Shown here: piece after piece, positions 9,725-20,013 of the stretch
How the letters are laid out: each line of letters opens with the position of its first letter
How positions within the stretch are numbered: position 1 is the first letter of the stretch
NCBI GenBank assembly: GCA_963845145.1
Contig: CAWJQU010000005.1
Location: forward strand, 768,001 to 832,000
Source of the DNA: an uncultured delta proteobacterium
Lineage (GTDB): Bacteria; Desulfobacterota; Desulfobacteria; Desulfobacterales; QNYZ01
DNA length: 64,000 bases
Direction of reading: 5' to 3'
The notes under the pieces: model-generated
What the model saw: only the letters and a program-made list of their open reading frames with translations
Told to the model about the DNA's origin: nothing
The model's database searches: none
Program-made: the position numbers and the translations under genes

Positions 9725-11362
9725 ATGACTATAGATCGTACCATACCCGCGTCTTTCGCATCGGCTGCCGACAGGCGGCCCGACCATACCGCTGCCGTCT
9801 ATCTGGGCACCCGGTACAGCTATCAAAAAGTCAGGAAGATGGCCGAAAGCTTGGCCGCCGCTCTTTTGGATAAAGGAATTTCACCGGGACAACGCGTCAT
9901 TATCTACGTACCCAACAGTATCCAGTGGGTGGTTGCCTGGCTGGGAATTCAGCGGGCCGGGTGTGTGTGTGTGCCCATCACGCCCATCTACACACCTAGT
10001 GATCTTGAGTATATCGCCAATGACAGTGAAGCCAGCGCCATTATTTGCGCGGACACCAATTTCGGATACGTAAAAAAAGTACTGCCCCAAACAAAGATCA
10101 AACAGGTAGTGATCACCAAAATGGCAGAGCTGCTTCCCGCCTGGAAGCGGCTTTTCGGTTATCTTTTTGATGTGATTCCGAAAGGAAAAACCGTTTTGGA
10201 TGAGAACACCTATCCCATGGGAAAGCTACTGGCCACCTATGCCAACCGTACGGACACGTTGCCGGAAATAACCGCAAAAGGCAGCGATATAGCTGAGATT
10301 CTGTACACTGGCGGCACCACCAAATATCCCAAAGGGGTCCCCATCACCCACGATCTGTTCCTGGTTTCCGCTAAAGAACAGATCCGAATCAGTGAACCGC
10401 TGCTTCCGCCGGAAGATAACGTCATTATGGCCAATGCGCCCCTGTTCCATGTCCTTGGCCAAACCTGTAGTTTAGCGACGCTGCTGGTGGGTGGCACACT
10501 GCTGCTTCAGCCCAAGGTCAACCTGGACGCCACCTTTGAATCGATCCATCGCTTTAAAGCCCGTACCATGATCGGCGTTCCCATGCTTTACCGGATGATT
10601 TTAGAGCATGACCGCCTGGATCAGTACAATTTGGAATCGGTGGACTACTGGTTTAGTGGCGGTGACGTGCTCCCCGTAGAAGTTAGAAATCGGTGGCGGG
10701 AACGATTCGGTAAAACCATTTATCAGGGTTATGGCGCCACCGAAACCTGCGGGGGTGTCGCCATGTGTTCGACGGATATGGACAATCCGGCCAAAAGTGT
10801 CGGGCAAGTGGTTGCCAGCAAATCCATAAAAATAGTTGATCCTGCCACTTTAGAACCCGTGGCGATGGGGAAACCCGGCGAGTTGATTGTTTCGTCCGAA
10901 TCCATGGTTCTTACCTATTTAAATAAACCCGAGGAAACAGCTGCTTCATTTGTCGAGCTGGATGGAAAAAAATGGTACCGTACGGCCGATGTATTTTCCA
11001 TGGATGAAAATGGCCATCTATACTTTGTCGATCGAACCGTGGATACCATCAAGCATAAGGGCTACCGTGTCTCCGCTTCTGAGATCGAGGCCGTGCTCCA
11101 GGAGCACCCCGCCGTGGTCGCTTCCTGCGTCATCGGCGTCCCTGATGAGAAAACAGGCGAGCGCATTAAAGCCTATGTGGTTTTAAAAGATGACATCAAG
11201 GGAATAACCGGCTACGAACTCACCAAGTGGTGTCGCAAATCCCTGGTGGCATATAAAATACCCCAGCATATCGAATTCAGAGACATGCTGCCGAAATCAA
11301 AGGTGGGAAAACTGCTGCGTCGGGAAATTCGCGACGAGGAAAAACGGATGCAGGAACAATAG
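9725..11362 (+). CDS. AMP-forming acyl-CoA ligase (FadD-like)
   Basis: YTGGTTKYPKG, GYGATE, LPKSKVGK. Confidence 0.92.
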   Translation: MTIDRTIPASFASAADRRPDHTAAVYLGTRYSYQKVRKMAESLAAALLDKGISPGQRVIIYVPNSIQWVVAWLGIQRAGCVCVPITPIYTPSDLEYIANDSEASAIICADTNFGYVKKVLPQTKIKQVVITKMAELLPAWKRLFGYLFDVIPKGKTVLDENTYPMGKLLATYANRTDTLPEITAKGSDIAEILYTGGTTKYPKGVPITHDLFLVSAKEQIRISEPLLPPEDNVIMANAPLFHVLGQTCSLATLLVGGTLLLQPKVNLDATFESIHRFKARTMIGVPMLYRMILEHDRLDQYNLESVDYWFSGGDVLPVEVRNRWRERFGKTIYQGYGATETCGGVAMCSTDMDNPAKSVGQVVASKSIKIVDPATLEPVAMGKPGELIVSSESMVLTYLNKPEETAASFVELDGKKWYRTADVFSMDENGHLYFVDRTVDTIKHKGYRVSASEIEAVLQEHPAVVASCVIGVPDEKTGERIKAYVVLKDDIKGITGYELTKWCRKSLVAYKIPQHIEFRDMLPKSKVGKLLRREIRDEEKRMQEQ

Positions 11363-11434
11363 AAATTGTCTCGGAACGATTGAAGCAACACCATTTTATA
11401 GCAACAGGTGATAGAAGATTGATGGAGGAATTTA

Positions 11435-12583
11435 ATGGATTTTAATTTAACCAAGGAACAGCTGGATATCGTTAAAGCCGCCCGTAAATTTGCAAAGGGC
11501 GAGTTCCCCGACCGTGCCGTTGAATTTGACCGTGAAGAGACTTTCGATCTGGCCATTTGGAAAAAAGCCTGTGACCTAGGGTTCGTTGGCGTTTTTATCA
11601 GCGAGGAATACGAGGGTGCGGGATACGGGTTTTTTGAGCATTGCCTGATAAACGAAGAATTTTGGGCCGTGGAACCGGGTATGGCCGCGGCTGTCCTGTC
11701 GGCCACCTTTGGCGCCGAACTGATTCAACTATATGGTTCCGAAATGCAAAAGAAAACCTGGCTGCCCCGCTTGGTTACCGGCGAAGCCATCATGGGAACA
11801 GCCATCTCCGAGCCGGATGCGGGTTGCGATGTGACTCAGGCAGTCACCACCGCGGTAAAAGAGGGTGATAATTATGTGATCAACGGGTCTAAAATGTTTA
11901 TCACCAATGGCAATGTGGCCAAGTTCCTGCTGGTTTTTTGCCAAACGGATCCGGATAATCCGTCACGACACAAGCGGTATAGCTTTCTCATCGTCCCCAC
12001 CGATACGCCCGGCTATCAAGCCACTAAAATACAGGGAAAAATGGGAATTCGGGCGTCAAACACGTCAGAGGTGGTATTAAAGGATGTCCGCGTTCCCCAA
12101 ACGAGCCTTGTGGGCGTTGAAGGGGAGGGGTTCTATGAATTAATGGCCTTCTTCAATCGCACCCGACTTCATATTGCGGCCCAGGCCGTAGGACTTGCCC
12201 GGGCGGCACTGGAAGAATCGATTCAATACGTCAAAGGGCGTAAACAATTCAATACACCCCTGGCATCCTTTCAGGTCACCCAATTTAAAATTGCCGAAAT
12301 GGCCACCAAGATTCGCGCCGCACGAAATCTCTATTACGAAGCTGCCTGGAAAGCCGACCAAGGCGATATCGACCATGCTCTAGTGGCAATGGCCAAATGG
12401 TATTCCGCCAAGATCGCCGTGGAATGCGCCGACGAAGCCGTTCAAATGCATGGCGGCTACGGCTATATCGATGAATATAAAGTTCAACGTCTTTACCGGG
12501 ATGCCAAAATCCTTGAGATTTATGAGGGAACCAAGGAGATTGAAAAGACCATCATTGCAGGGGCATTGCTGGGTAAAAAATAG
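11435..12583 (+). CDS. Acyl-CoA dehydrogenase
   Basis: SEPDAG, INGSKMFITN, KMGIRAS, QMHGGYGY, IYEGT. Confidence 0.95.
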   Translation: MDFNLTKEQLDIVKAARKFAKGEFPDRAVEFDREETFDLAIWKKACDLGFVGVFISEEYEGAGYGFFEHCLINEEFWAVEPGMAAAVLSATFGAELIQLYGSEMQKKTWLPRLVTGEAIMGTAISEPDAGCDVTQAVTTAVKEGDNYVINGSKMFITNGNVAKFLLVFCQTDPDNPSRHKRYSFLIVPTDTPGYQATKIQGKMGIRASNTSEVVLKDVRVPQTSLVGVEGEGFYELMAFFNRTRLHIAAQAVGLARAALEESIQYVKGRKQFNTPLASFQVTQFKIAEMATKIRAARNLYYEAAWKADQGDIDHALVAMAKWYSAKIAVECADEAVQMHGGYGYIDEYKVQRLYRDAKILEIYEGTKEIEKTIIAGALLGKK

Positions 12584-12598
12584 TGGGCACCTGTTCGA

Positions 12599-12853
12599 TC
12601 AGTAGTGGTATCGCAACTGGGCGATATGAATAGAATCTTCAAAAACTTTATAGATAAAACGGTGTTCATCATTGATACGGCGTGACCAATAACCAGAAAG
12701 AGCATGTTTAAGGGGCTCAGGTTTACCAATACCCTCAAAGGGATTTCGTTTCGTATCTTTAATCAGGGTGTTTATGCGACGGAGTGTTTTTTTATCGGTT
12801 TTTTGCCAAAAAAGATAGTCGCCCCAAGCGTGGTCAGAGAAGAACAGCTTCAA
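12599..12853 (-). CDS. yoeB: Txe/YoeB family toxin (ribosome-dependent mRNase)
   Basis: PFEGIGKPEPLKHALSGYWSRRINDEHR, C-terminal RYHY. Confidence 0.95.
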   Translation of the reverse strand: MKLFFSDHAWGDYLFWQKTDKKTLRRINTLIKDTKRNPFEGIGKPEPLKHALSGYWSRRINDEHRFIYKVFEDSIHIAQLRYHY

Positions 12854-13101
12854 TCGATGAGTTCCTTTTCTATCCCTTTTTCGTTTTCAAGTTGGGCGAT
12901 AGATTCTATCAAACGCCTGGTATTTTTTGGGGACCTTAAAAGGTAAGCCGTTTCTTCAAGAGCTTCGTAATCCTCGAGAGACATGATAACCACAGAGTTA
13001 GACCTTTTGCGTGTTACAATAACCGGCGCATGATCCGAACATACTTTTTCCATCGTTTTTGCAAGGTTTTGCCTTGCTGCTGTATATGTCATTGCTTCCA
13101 T
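12850..13101 (-). CDS. yefM: Phd/YefM family antitoxin
   Basis: YTAARQNLAKTM, ETAYLLRSPKN; overlaps the toxin start. Confidence 0.95.
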   Translation of the reverse strand: MEAMTYTAARQNLAKTMEKVCSDHAPVIVTRKRSNSVVIMSLEDYEALEETAYLLRSPKNTRRLIESIAQLENEKGIEKELID

Positions 13102-13112
13102 TTAGCACCTCC

Positions 13113-13150
13113 TGTACAACATACTGTACATATGAAATAATATTTGTCAA
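13113..13150 (-). promoter_or_regulatory. yefM-yoeB promoter and operator
   Basis: Two TGTACA palindromes (13113-13118, 13125-13130), 12 bp centre to centre; TTGACA at 13150-13145. Confidence 0.8.
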
Positions 13151-13421
13151 GCGTATCGTTCAGGCCCCAACAAAAAAATGCACGGATGCAAAAGGCCGCG
13201 GCTTTTTTTGGTTAAGGAGAAGCGATCGTGTTGTACTCTCAGTACTCTCAATTGAAGACCACCTTTTATACTTCCGATATATAGATGAAAATGATTTTGA
13301 CCGTACCGTCAAATATCTGAAACCGAAAAATTACATCATCACGGAATCTCTTGCACCTGATTGACATCCACACCCATATCTGTTGAAAATAAAGAACCAA
13401 TATGCCGAAAGGAATATTGCA

Positions 13422-15425
13422 ATGGCTGCAGAAAAATCCATGCCCATGCATGGCCACCCGATGCTATCCGGTCTATCAACGGAACGGGCTCAAAAGGGAA
13501 AAATCGTTACCGCAGAAGAAGCCGTCCGTGTGATTCGTGATAACGATACGGTGGCCACGGGCGGATTCGTGGGAACCGGGTTTCCCGAAGAGATTGCCAT
13601 TGCGCTGGAGCAATACTTTTTAAAAACGCACCGTCCTCGAAATCTGACTCTCGTGTATGCCGCCGGGCAGGGGGACGGTGGTGAGCGCGGATTGAACCAT
13701 CTGGGCCACGAAGGGCTGGTCCGTCGCGTCATAGGCGGCCACTGGGGCCTGGTCCCCAAACTTCAAAAACTGGCCCTGGACAATAAAATCGAAGCCTATA
13801 ACCTGCCCCAGGGTGTGATTTCACATATGTATCGGGATATCGCAGCCCACAAGCCGCGAACCATCACAACCGTGGGATTGGGCACCTTTGTCGATCCCCG
13901 TAATGGCGGCGGAAAAATCAACACGATAACCAAGAAAGATATGGTGGAGTTGATTACTTTCGACGGCAACGAGTATCTGGCCTATAAGACCTTGCCCATT
14001 CAAGTGGCCATGTTGCGGGGCACCACGGCTGACACCGACGGTAATATCACCATGGAAAAAGAAGCCCTGACCCTGGAATCTTTGGCCATTGCCATGGCAG
14101 CCAAAAATTCCGGTGGGTTCGTTATCGTTCAGGTGGAAAGAATCGCCGAGCACGGAACGCTAAACGCCCGGCAGGTGAAAATACCGGGCATCATGGTGGA
14201 CTGTGTCGTTGTCTCCCGTCCGGAAAATCATTGGCAGACCTTTGCCGAGGCGTACAATCCGGCCTTCAGCAGCGAAATTAAAGTCCCCATACAGTCCATC
14301 GAGCCCATGGCCATGAGCGCCCGCAAGATCATCGCCCGCCGGGCTTCCTTTGAGCTGAAACCGAACAGTGTGGTCAACTTAGGCATCGGCATGCCGGAGG
14401 GCATCGCTGCTATCGCCAATGAGGAGCAGATCAACGATTATCTCACCCTCACCGCCGAACCGGGCGTGATCGGCGGATTACCGGCCGGGGGGTTAAATTT
14501 CGGCGCGGCCATCAACACCGAGGCTGTCATCGACCAGCCTTCCCAATTCGATTTCTACGACGGTGGCGGTCTGGATATCGCCTTTTTAGGGTTGGCCCAG
14601 GCCGACCAGGAAGGCAACTTAAACGTAAGTAAATTCGGCCCCCGCCTGGCTGGTGCCGGGGGTTTTATCAATATCAGCCAGAACGCCAAGAAAGTTGTTT
14701 TTGTGGGTACGTTTACCGCCGGTGGATTAAAGATCGCCATTGATGACGGCCGCCTGCGTATCATCCGGGAAGGAACCGTCCAAAAATTTGTCCCCCTGGT
14801 AGAACATGTCACCTTCAGTGGCCAATATGCCCGAAAGAACAGGCAACCGGTTTGCTACATCACCGAGCGCTGCGTTTTTACTTTAACTGAAAAAGGCCTG
14901 GTGCTAACCGAAATCGCGCCGGGTATCGATCTTAAGCGGGATATATTAAGCCAAATGGCTTTTAAGCCGGTTATTAACGAGCCTCTTCGGGAAATGGATA
15001 ATCGAATTTTTAAATCCGAACCGATGGGATTAAAAGAAGATTTACTGATGTTGGCGTTGGAAGACCGCTTGATTTACGACCCCCGTGAAAACCTTTTCTT
15101 TGTTAATTTCGAAGGCTATACGGTTAAAACGATCGGGGATGTGCAAGAAGTTGAAAAAGCCGTGGCAGCCATCCTGGCCCCACTGACTCAAAAAGTCTAC
15201 ACCATCGTAAATTACGACCATTTCACAATCGCCCCTGAGGTAATCGAGGCGTATACCGACATGGTGAAGGGATTGGTGGATCGATTTTACTCAGGCGTCA
15301 CCCGATACACAACCAGTACCTTTTTACGCATGAAAATCGGCGAAGCACTTGAAAAACGTAAGGTGGCAACCCATATTTACGAAAGCCAAAAAGAGGCCCA
15401 AGAGGCTTTGAAACGATTAAAGTAA
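13422..15425 (+). CDS. Family I fused acyl-CoA:acetate/3-oxoacid CoA-transferase (Pct/YdiF-like) with C-terminal extension
   Basis: [53 protein letters not shown]. Confidence 0.9.
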   Translation: MAAEKSMPMHGHPMLSGLSTERAQKGKIVTAEEAVRVIRDNDTVATGGFVGTGFPEEIAIALEQYFLKTHRPRNLTLVYAAGQGDGGERGLNHLGHEGLVRRVIGGHWGLVPKLQKLALDNKIEAYNLPQGVISHMYRDIAAHKPRTITTVGLGTFVDPRNGGGKINTITKKDMVELITFDGNEYLAYKTLPIQVAMLRGTTADTDGNITMEKEALTLESLAIAMAAKNSGGFVIVQVERIAEHGTLNARQVKIPGIMVDCVVVSRPENHWQTFAEAYNPAFSSEIKVPIQSIEPMAMSARKIIARRASFELKPNSVVNLGIGMPEGIAAIANEEQINDYLTLTAEPGVIGGLPAGGLNFGAAINTEAVIDQPSQFDFYDGGGLDIAFLGLAQADQEGNLNVSKFGPRLAGAGGFINISQNAKKVVFVGTFTAGGLKIAIDDGRLRIIREGTVQKFVPLVEHVTFSGQYARKNRQPVCYITERCVFTLTEKGLVLTEIAPGIDLKRDILSQMAFKPVINEPLREMDNRIFKSEPMGLKEDLLMLALEDRLIYDPRENLFFVNFEGYTVKTIGDVQEVEKAVAAILAPLTQKVYTIVNYDHFTIAPEVIEAYTDMVKGLVDRFYSGVTRYTTSTFLRMKIGEALEKRKVATHIYESQKEAQEALKRLK

Positions 15426-15430
15426 AGTAA

Positions 15431-16834
15431 TTACAGCGCTGATAGCGGCAAACGGTACTTCTTTATTTTTTTGTATAAAAGGGTGCGGTGAATACCCAAT
15501 ACTTCGGCCGCCCGTACTTTGTGATAGTCGGTCTGCTCCAGGGCTTTCAAAATAACCGCTTTCTCGGCCGCCGCCTGGGCCTTTTTCAGGGTGGATACCT
15601 CTGACAGCATCGACTTCCCTCTATCTTTAAGCAGGTAAAAGGGCAGATCGTTCGGCCGGACCGAGTCACCCTCAAGGCTAGACAGGGTTCTTTCCAGCAC
15701 GTTAAGTAATTCTCTCCCGTTTCCCGGCCAATCATAATATTTTAAAACCGCCTCAGCCGCCGGTTCGATGCTTACTGGTGATAAGGTGGCCTCCTCGGTG
15801 AGCCGATACAACAAATGCCGCGCGATGGGAATGATATCTTCCCGGCGTTCGCGCAAGGGCGGTATGTGCAAAGGAATGACATTCAATCGATAAAAAAGAT
15901 CCTTGCGAAATCGACCGTCTGCCATCATATCGTTCAAGCTTTGATTCGTGGCCGCAATCAGGCGAAAATCCGATCGAATGACCGTCGTGCCCCCCACGCG
16001 CTCGAACTCCTTATCTTCCAGCACCCGTAATAGCTTGGGCTGCATGGTGATGGGCAAATCGCCAATCTCATCCAGAAACAAAGTCCCGCGATGGGCCAGT
16101 TCCAGCTTGCCCGGTTTACCGCCGGCCCGCGCATCGGTGAACGCGCCCTCTTCATAACCGAATAACTCCGACTCAAGCAAATCTTTGGGGATCGCCGCAC
16201 AATTTATGCGCACAAACGGGTGCATGCGGCGACCACTGGCGTGATGAATCGCCTGGGCGAAAAGTTCTTTGCCCGTTCCGCTCTCTCCGGATATTAGGAC
16301 GGGGAATTGATTGGCTGTGGCTTTGAGTCCTTCGTCTTTCGCCTCGTTTAAAGACCGGCTGATACCGATGATGCTATCAAATGTATACCGTGTCCCGCGT
16401 AAATTGATCAGCTCTTCCTCATAAATCTTCACCTTGGTTTCCAACAACGATAGCTTGTTGGCCAGTTTACGGACATCCTTGACATCTTTGAACATGACTT
16501 GGCCAAAAACGGCAATCACCTGACCGTCTTTTTTAATGGGAATCCGCTGAACGATCATATTCTGTCCTTTGATCGAGTGGGGTTGGTTAATCTCGGGAAC
16601 CCCGGTTTTAGCCACAATATGCATTCGGCTGTTCTCAACGGAATCGGTACAGTGCCGACCGATCTCTTTTTCAGGATCAAGACCTAAAAACCGCCCATAG
16701 GGTTTGTTGAAATGGGTAATATACCCCTTGCCGTCTGTCACCAGAACACCATTGTAAATGCTGTCAAAGATCAGCTCGTACATTTCCAGTCGGTCTTCTA
16801 AATCTTTGTAGGATGCCAGGCTTGACTTTGTCAT
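15431..16834 (-). CDS. PAS-domain sigma-54 enhancer-binding activator
   Basis: N-terminal [26 protein letters not shown]-terminal Fis-type HTH. Confidence 0.93.
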   Translation of the reverse strand: MTKSSLASYKDLEDRLEMYELIFDSIYNGVLVTDGKGYITHFNKPYGRFLGLDPEKEIGRHCTDSVENSRMHIVAKTGVPEINQPHSIKGQNMIVQRIPIKKDGQVIAVFGQVMFKDVKDVRKLANKLSLLETKVKIYEEELINLRGTRYTFDSIIGISRSLNEAKDEGLKATANQFPVLISGESGTGKELFAQAIHHASGRRMHPFVRINCAAIPKDLLESELFGYEEGAFTDARAGGKPGKLELAHRGTLFLDEIGDLPITMQPKLLRVLEDKEFERVGGTTVIRSDFRLIAATNQSLNDMMADGRFRKDLFYRLNVIPLHIPPLRERREDIIPIARHLLYRLTEEATLSPVSIEPAAEAVLKYYDWPGNGRELLNVLERTLSSLEGDSVRPNDLPFYLLKDRGKSMLSEVSTLKKAQAAAEKAVILKALEQTDYHKVRAAEVLGIHRTLLYKKIKKYRLPLSAL

Positions 16835-17060
16835 CGGTGATTCTCCGTCGGTTATGTCCCCGCTGTGGCCAGATCAATCAGTATCAAAGTTTTGCAGTAG
16901 CAAAATCTCAACATGTATAATATTTGATACAAAATATCATGTCCCCAACCGATTGTCGAGGGTCTTTAATTGGATGGCGATTTACTTCCTTACAAATTAT
17001 TTTGAACAATTATAATAGCTTTACGGTTAATAAAATTTATTTTCGGCCAACCTGGAAATT

Positions 17061-17076
17061 TGGTCCTAAAATTGCG
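17061..17076 (+). promoter_or_regulatory. Sigma-54 promoter of the bdhA-TRAP unit
   Basis: TGGTCCTAAAATTGCG = GG-N10-GC; divergent from the activator gene. Confidence 0.7.
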
Positions 17077-17200
17077 GATGTAAAAGATGTAAAAAATGTA
17101 AAAGCATAAGATACATAATGGTCACGATAAGGCCTTGACCGAATTCCAACCCCAGCACAATAGAACGATAAACTATCCACTTATTTAATTGAGGAAAGCC

Positions 17201-18085
17201 ATGAATATAAACAAAATGGATATCAACGAACCGGAAATTAAAAAAGATGAGATTCTGATCCTCGACGATAACCATTTCAATCCCGACAATGTATGCATTG
17301 TCACCGGTGCCGGCACCGGTATCGGTCGTGCCGTCGCCATCGCTGCGGCCGTCAACGGCTTAATGGTTATCGGGTTGGATATCAACGAGGAAGAAGGAGA
17401 AGCGACTCAAAAGCAGGCGCGAAAAATGGGCGGCCAGATGATCTTTATACAATCCGATCTCACCCGGGACGAAGATATTGAACATGCGATATCCGAAGCC
17501 GCCAAATTGGGGTCCATTAAATACCTGGCCAATATTGCCGGCATCCAGCACATCGATTCCATCGAGAACTTTCCAATGGAAAAATATGACTATATGCATC
17601 GCCTGATGCTGAGAGCGCCCCTTTATCTTTCCAAACTGACCATTCCTCACATAAAAAAAAGTGAGGATGGAACCGGGGCCATCGGCAATATGGCATCGGT
17701 CCATGCCCACATTTGTACTGTTAACAAACCGGCTTACAATATCACCAAATTTGGCCTACGGGCTCTGACCCAATCCATCGCCGCTGAGGGGATGGGCAAA
17801 ATCCGTTCATTTAGCATTAGTACCGGCTTTGTTAAAACCCCCCTGGCGCTGAATCAGATCCCCGCCCAGGCCGAACAGCGCGGGATTACGCCCCAGCAAG
17901 TCGTCACCGATGTCATGATGGGCAGTTCCAGGGTGAAAGAGATGATGTCTCCGATTGAAGTAGGAAATCTTTTTATTTTCGGCTATTCCCGGTTCGCAAA
18001 ATACCTGACCGGCGGCGATCTGCTGTTTGACGGAGGAATGCTGAAGACTTATGCAGAAACAAAATCGGCGAAAACAGCTGAATAA
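17201..18085 (+). CDS. bdhA: SDR oxidoreductase, probable D-3-hydroxybutyrate dehydrogenase
   Basis: TGAGTGIG, AGIQH..IENFP.EK, NMASVH, YNITK. Confidence 0.75.
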   Translation: MNINKMDINEPEIKKDEILILDDNHFNPDNVCIVTGAGTGIGRAVAIAAAVNGLMVIGLDINEEEGEATQKQARKMGGQMIFIQSDLTRDEDIEHAISEAAKLGSIKYLANIAGIQHIDSIENFPMEKYDYMHRLMLRAPLYLSKLTIPHIKKSEDGTGAIGNMASVHAHICTVNKPAYNITKFGLRALTQSIAAEGMGKIRSFSISTGFVKTPLALNQIPAQAEQRGITPQQVVTDVMMGSSRVKEMMSPIEVGNLFIFGYSRFAKYLTGGDLLFDGGMLKTYAETKSAKTAE

Positions 18086-18250
18086 TTGAGCCTTTTTATT
18101 GAAATTATTTCATCTAATTCAAAAGCCTAATGGCTGTTGTTATCATGATCGATTCTATCTCACACCCAAAACAAAGGAGGTGGTAATAAGTTTGTCGGAT
18201 ATATGTCGTATTATAACGATACCCAAACACATGGATTGAGGAGGTAATCA

Positions 18251-19339
18251 GTGAAAAAAAGTATGTTTTCCAGAATATTGATCGTTTTGCTTGCCGTCAT
18301 GTTTGTCGTCTCTGTCAATACCGGTCAAGCCGCTGAAAAGGAAAAGAAAATCCTTTTAAAAGTTCCCATGGCTTACCCTTCAGCACTTCCCGGATTGGGA
18401 ACCACCATTATATGGATGGCTGATAAAATCGAGCTTCTCAGCGGAGGCTCCCTGAAAATTAAGATTTTTGAGCCGGGCAAATTGATCCCGGCTTTTGAAA
18501 TGCTGGATGCGGTCCACGGCGGCAAAGTGAATGCGTGCTATGGCGTTTCCGGCTACTGGCAGGGTAAATTTCCAGCGGCCTCCTTTTTCACCGCCGTACC
18601 CTTTGGCCCGGAAGCCACGGAATACCTGGCCTGGATCTATTATGGAAACGGAATGAAATTGTGGCAAGAGATGTATGATAATGGCGGAATGAACGTTAAA
18701 GCGTTGTTAGCAGGGGTTTTACCGCCCGAAACCGCCGGTTGGTTTGTAAAGGAGATAAAGAGCGTAGAGGATTTTAAAGGATTGCCCATTCGCTTTTTCG
18801 GATTAGGGGGCATGGCCCTGCAGAAACTGGGTGCATCGGTTACCCAAATCCCGGGAGGTGAAATTTTTGCTGCGCTCGAGAAAAAAGCGATTGAAGCTTC
18901 CGAATTTTCAATGCCCGCCATTGATACCAAACTGGGGTTTTATAAAGTTGCCAAATACAACTACTTTCCCGGTTGGCATCAACAGGCAACCCTGTTCGAG
19001 CTGTTAATCAACAAAGATGTCTGGAACTCCATGAGCGATCGGCAGCGGCTGCTTATCGAAACCCTGTGTCAGGCTAGTACGTTAAATACGATGGCCTGGA
19101 CCGAATCGATCCAATACAAGGTAATGAAGGAAAACGAAGAGAAACATGGCGTCAAGAATATGTACTGGTCCGATGAAATGCTGGGACACTTCAAAAAGGC
19201 TTGGGAAGACGTAGCCGAAGAAGCGTCGGGCAAGGATGCCTTCTTTAAAAAAGTGTGGGACGATATTCAGTCCTTTAGGGCGGATTACAAGATTTGGAAG
19301 GATTACGGCTTTCTGCCCAGGCCGAAACCCGCCAAATAG
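18251..19339 (+). CDS. dctP: TRAP transporter substrate-binding protein (DctP, TakP-like)
   Basis: Signal peptide, AVPFGP, GWF.KEI.S.EDFKGL.IR, YFPGWHQ. Confidence 0.9.
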   Translation: MKKSMFSRILIVLLAVMFVVSVNTGQAAEKEKKILLKVPMAYPSALPGLGTTIIWMADKIELLSGGSLKIKIFEPGKLIPAFEMLDAVHGGKVNACYGVSGYWQGKFPAASFFTAVPFGPEATEYLAWIYYGNGMKLWQEMYDNGGMNVKALLAGVLPPETAGWFVKEIKSVEDFKGLPIRFFGLGGMALQKLGASVTQIPGGEIFAALEKKAIEASEFSMPAIDTKLGFYKVAKYNYFPGWHQQATLFELLINKDVWNSMSDRQRLLIETLCQASTLNTMAWTESIQYKVMKENEEKHGVKNMYWSDEMLGHFKKAWEDVAEEASGKDAFFKKVWDDIQSFRADYKIWKDYGFLPRPKPAK

Positions 19340-19358
19340 CAAACGGTTGACCCCGATC

Positions 19359-19385
19359 CTGTTGGGGGGTGACGCCCCCCAACAG
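19359..19385 (+). terminator. GC-rich hairpin after dctP
   Basis: CTGTTGGGGGG-TGACG-CCCCCCAACAG then TTT. Confidence 0.6.
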
Positions 19386-19488
19386 TTTCATCAGCAGCGG
19401 TTCACTAATTGAACCAATCGTGTTCAAATCGATAGCGGCGTCTTTTTGGCACCCCTTTCGCAACCCTACCCTTTATGGGGGCATCGCC

Positions 19489-20010
19489 ATGAACAAAGAA
19501 GTACCGGAAACACCAAACATATTCAGTGATACCATCGATGGCCTAATCCGACGCGTCGGCCATGTTTTAATGTGGTCCAATTGCATTGTTATATTTGTCA
19601 TCATTCTTCAGGTTATTTTACGCTACGGGTTTGGCCGTGGCCTGGTCATTCTGGAGGAACTCCAGTGGCATTTTTATGCGGTCGGTTTCATGTTTGGCCT
19701 ATCCTATGCGGTCATGACGGACTCGCACGTGGGCATGGACCTGGTGTATGGTAGATTGAGCCCTAAATGGCAATGTCGATGGGATATTTTCGGCATTGTA
19801 TTTCTGTTTTTGCCGTTTGCGGGTCTCCTTTGTTATCAGAGCATCGATTTCGTCCATGAAGCCTGGCGGCTTAACGAACGCTCAGTGGCCCCCCAAGGAC
19901 TACCCTGGCGGTGGGCCATCAAATCCGTCTTGCCCATATCATTTGCCCTGGTCGTGTTGGCATCTCTGTCGCGTCTGATTCGTACCTTCGCAACTTTAAG
20001 GAGACTGTAG
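19489..20010 (+). CDS. dctQ: TRAP small permease (DctQ)
   Basis: 4 TM, VILRY, EELQWH, HV.MD. Confidence 0.9.
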   Translation: MNKEVPETPNIFSDTIDGLIRRVGHVLMWSNCIVIFVIILQVILRYGFGRGLVILEELQWHFYAVGFMFGLSYAVMTDSHVGMDLVYGRLSPKWQCRWDIFGIVFLFLPFAGLLCYQSIDFVHEAWRLNERSVAPQGLPWRWAIKSVLPISFALVVLASLSRLIRTFATLRRL

Positions 20011-20013
20011 GTT

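Noticed and set aside
13059..13364. 101-aa plus-strand ORF upstream of the CoA-transferase
   Set aside because: Overlaps yefM and its promoter; no recognisable family. The 3' end could be a gene remnant but is unsupported.
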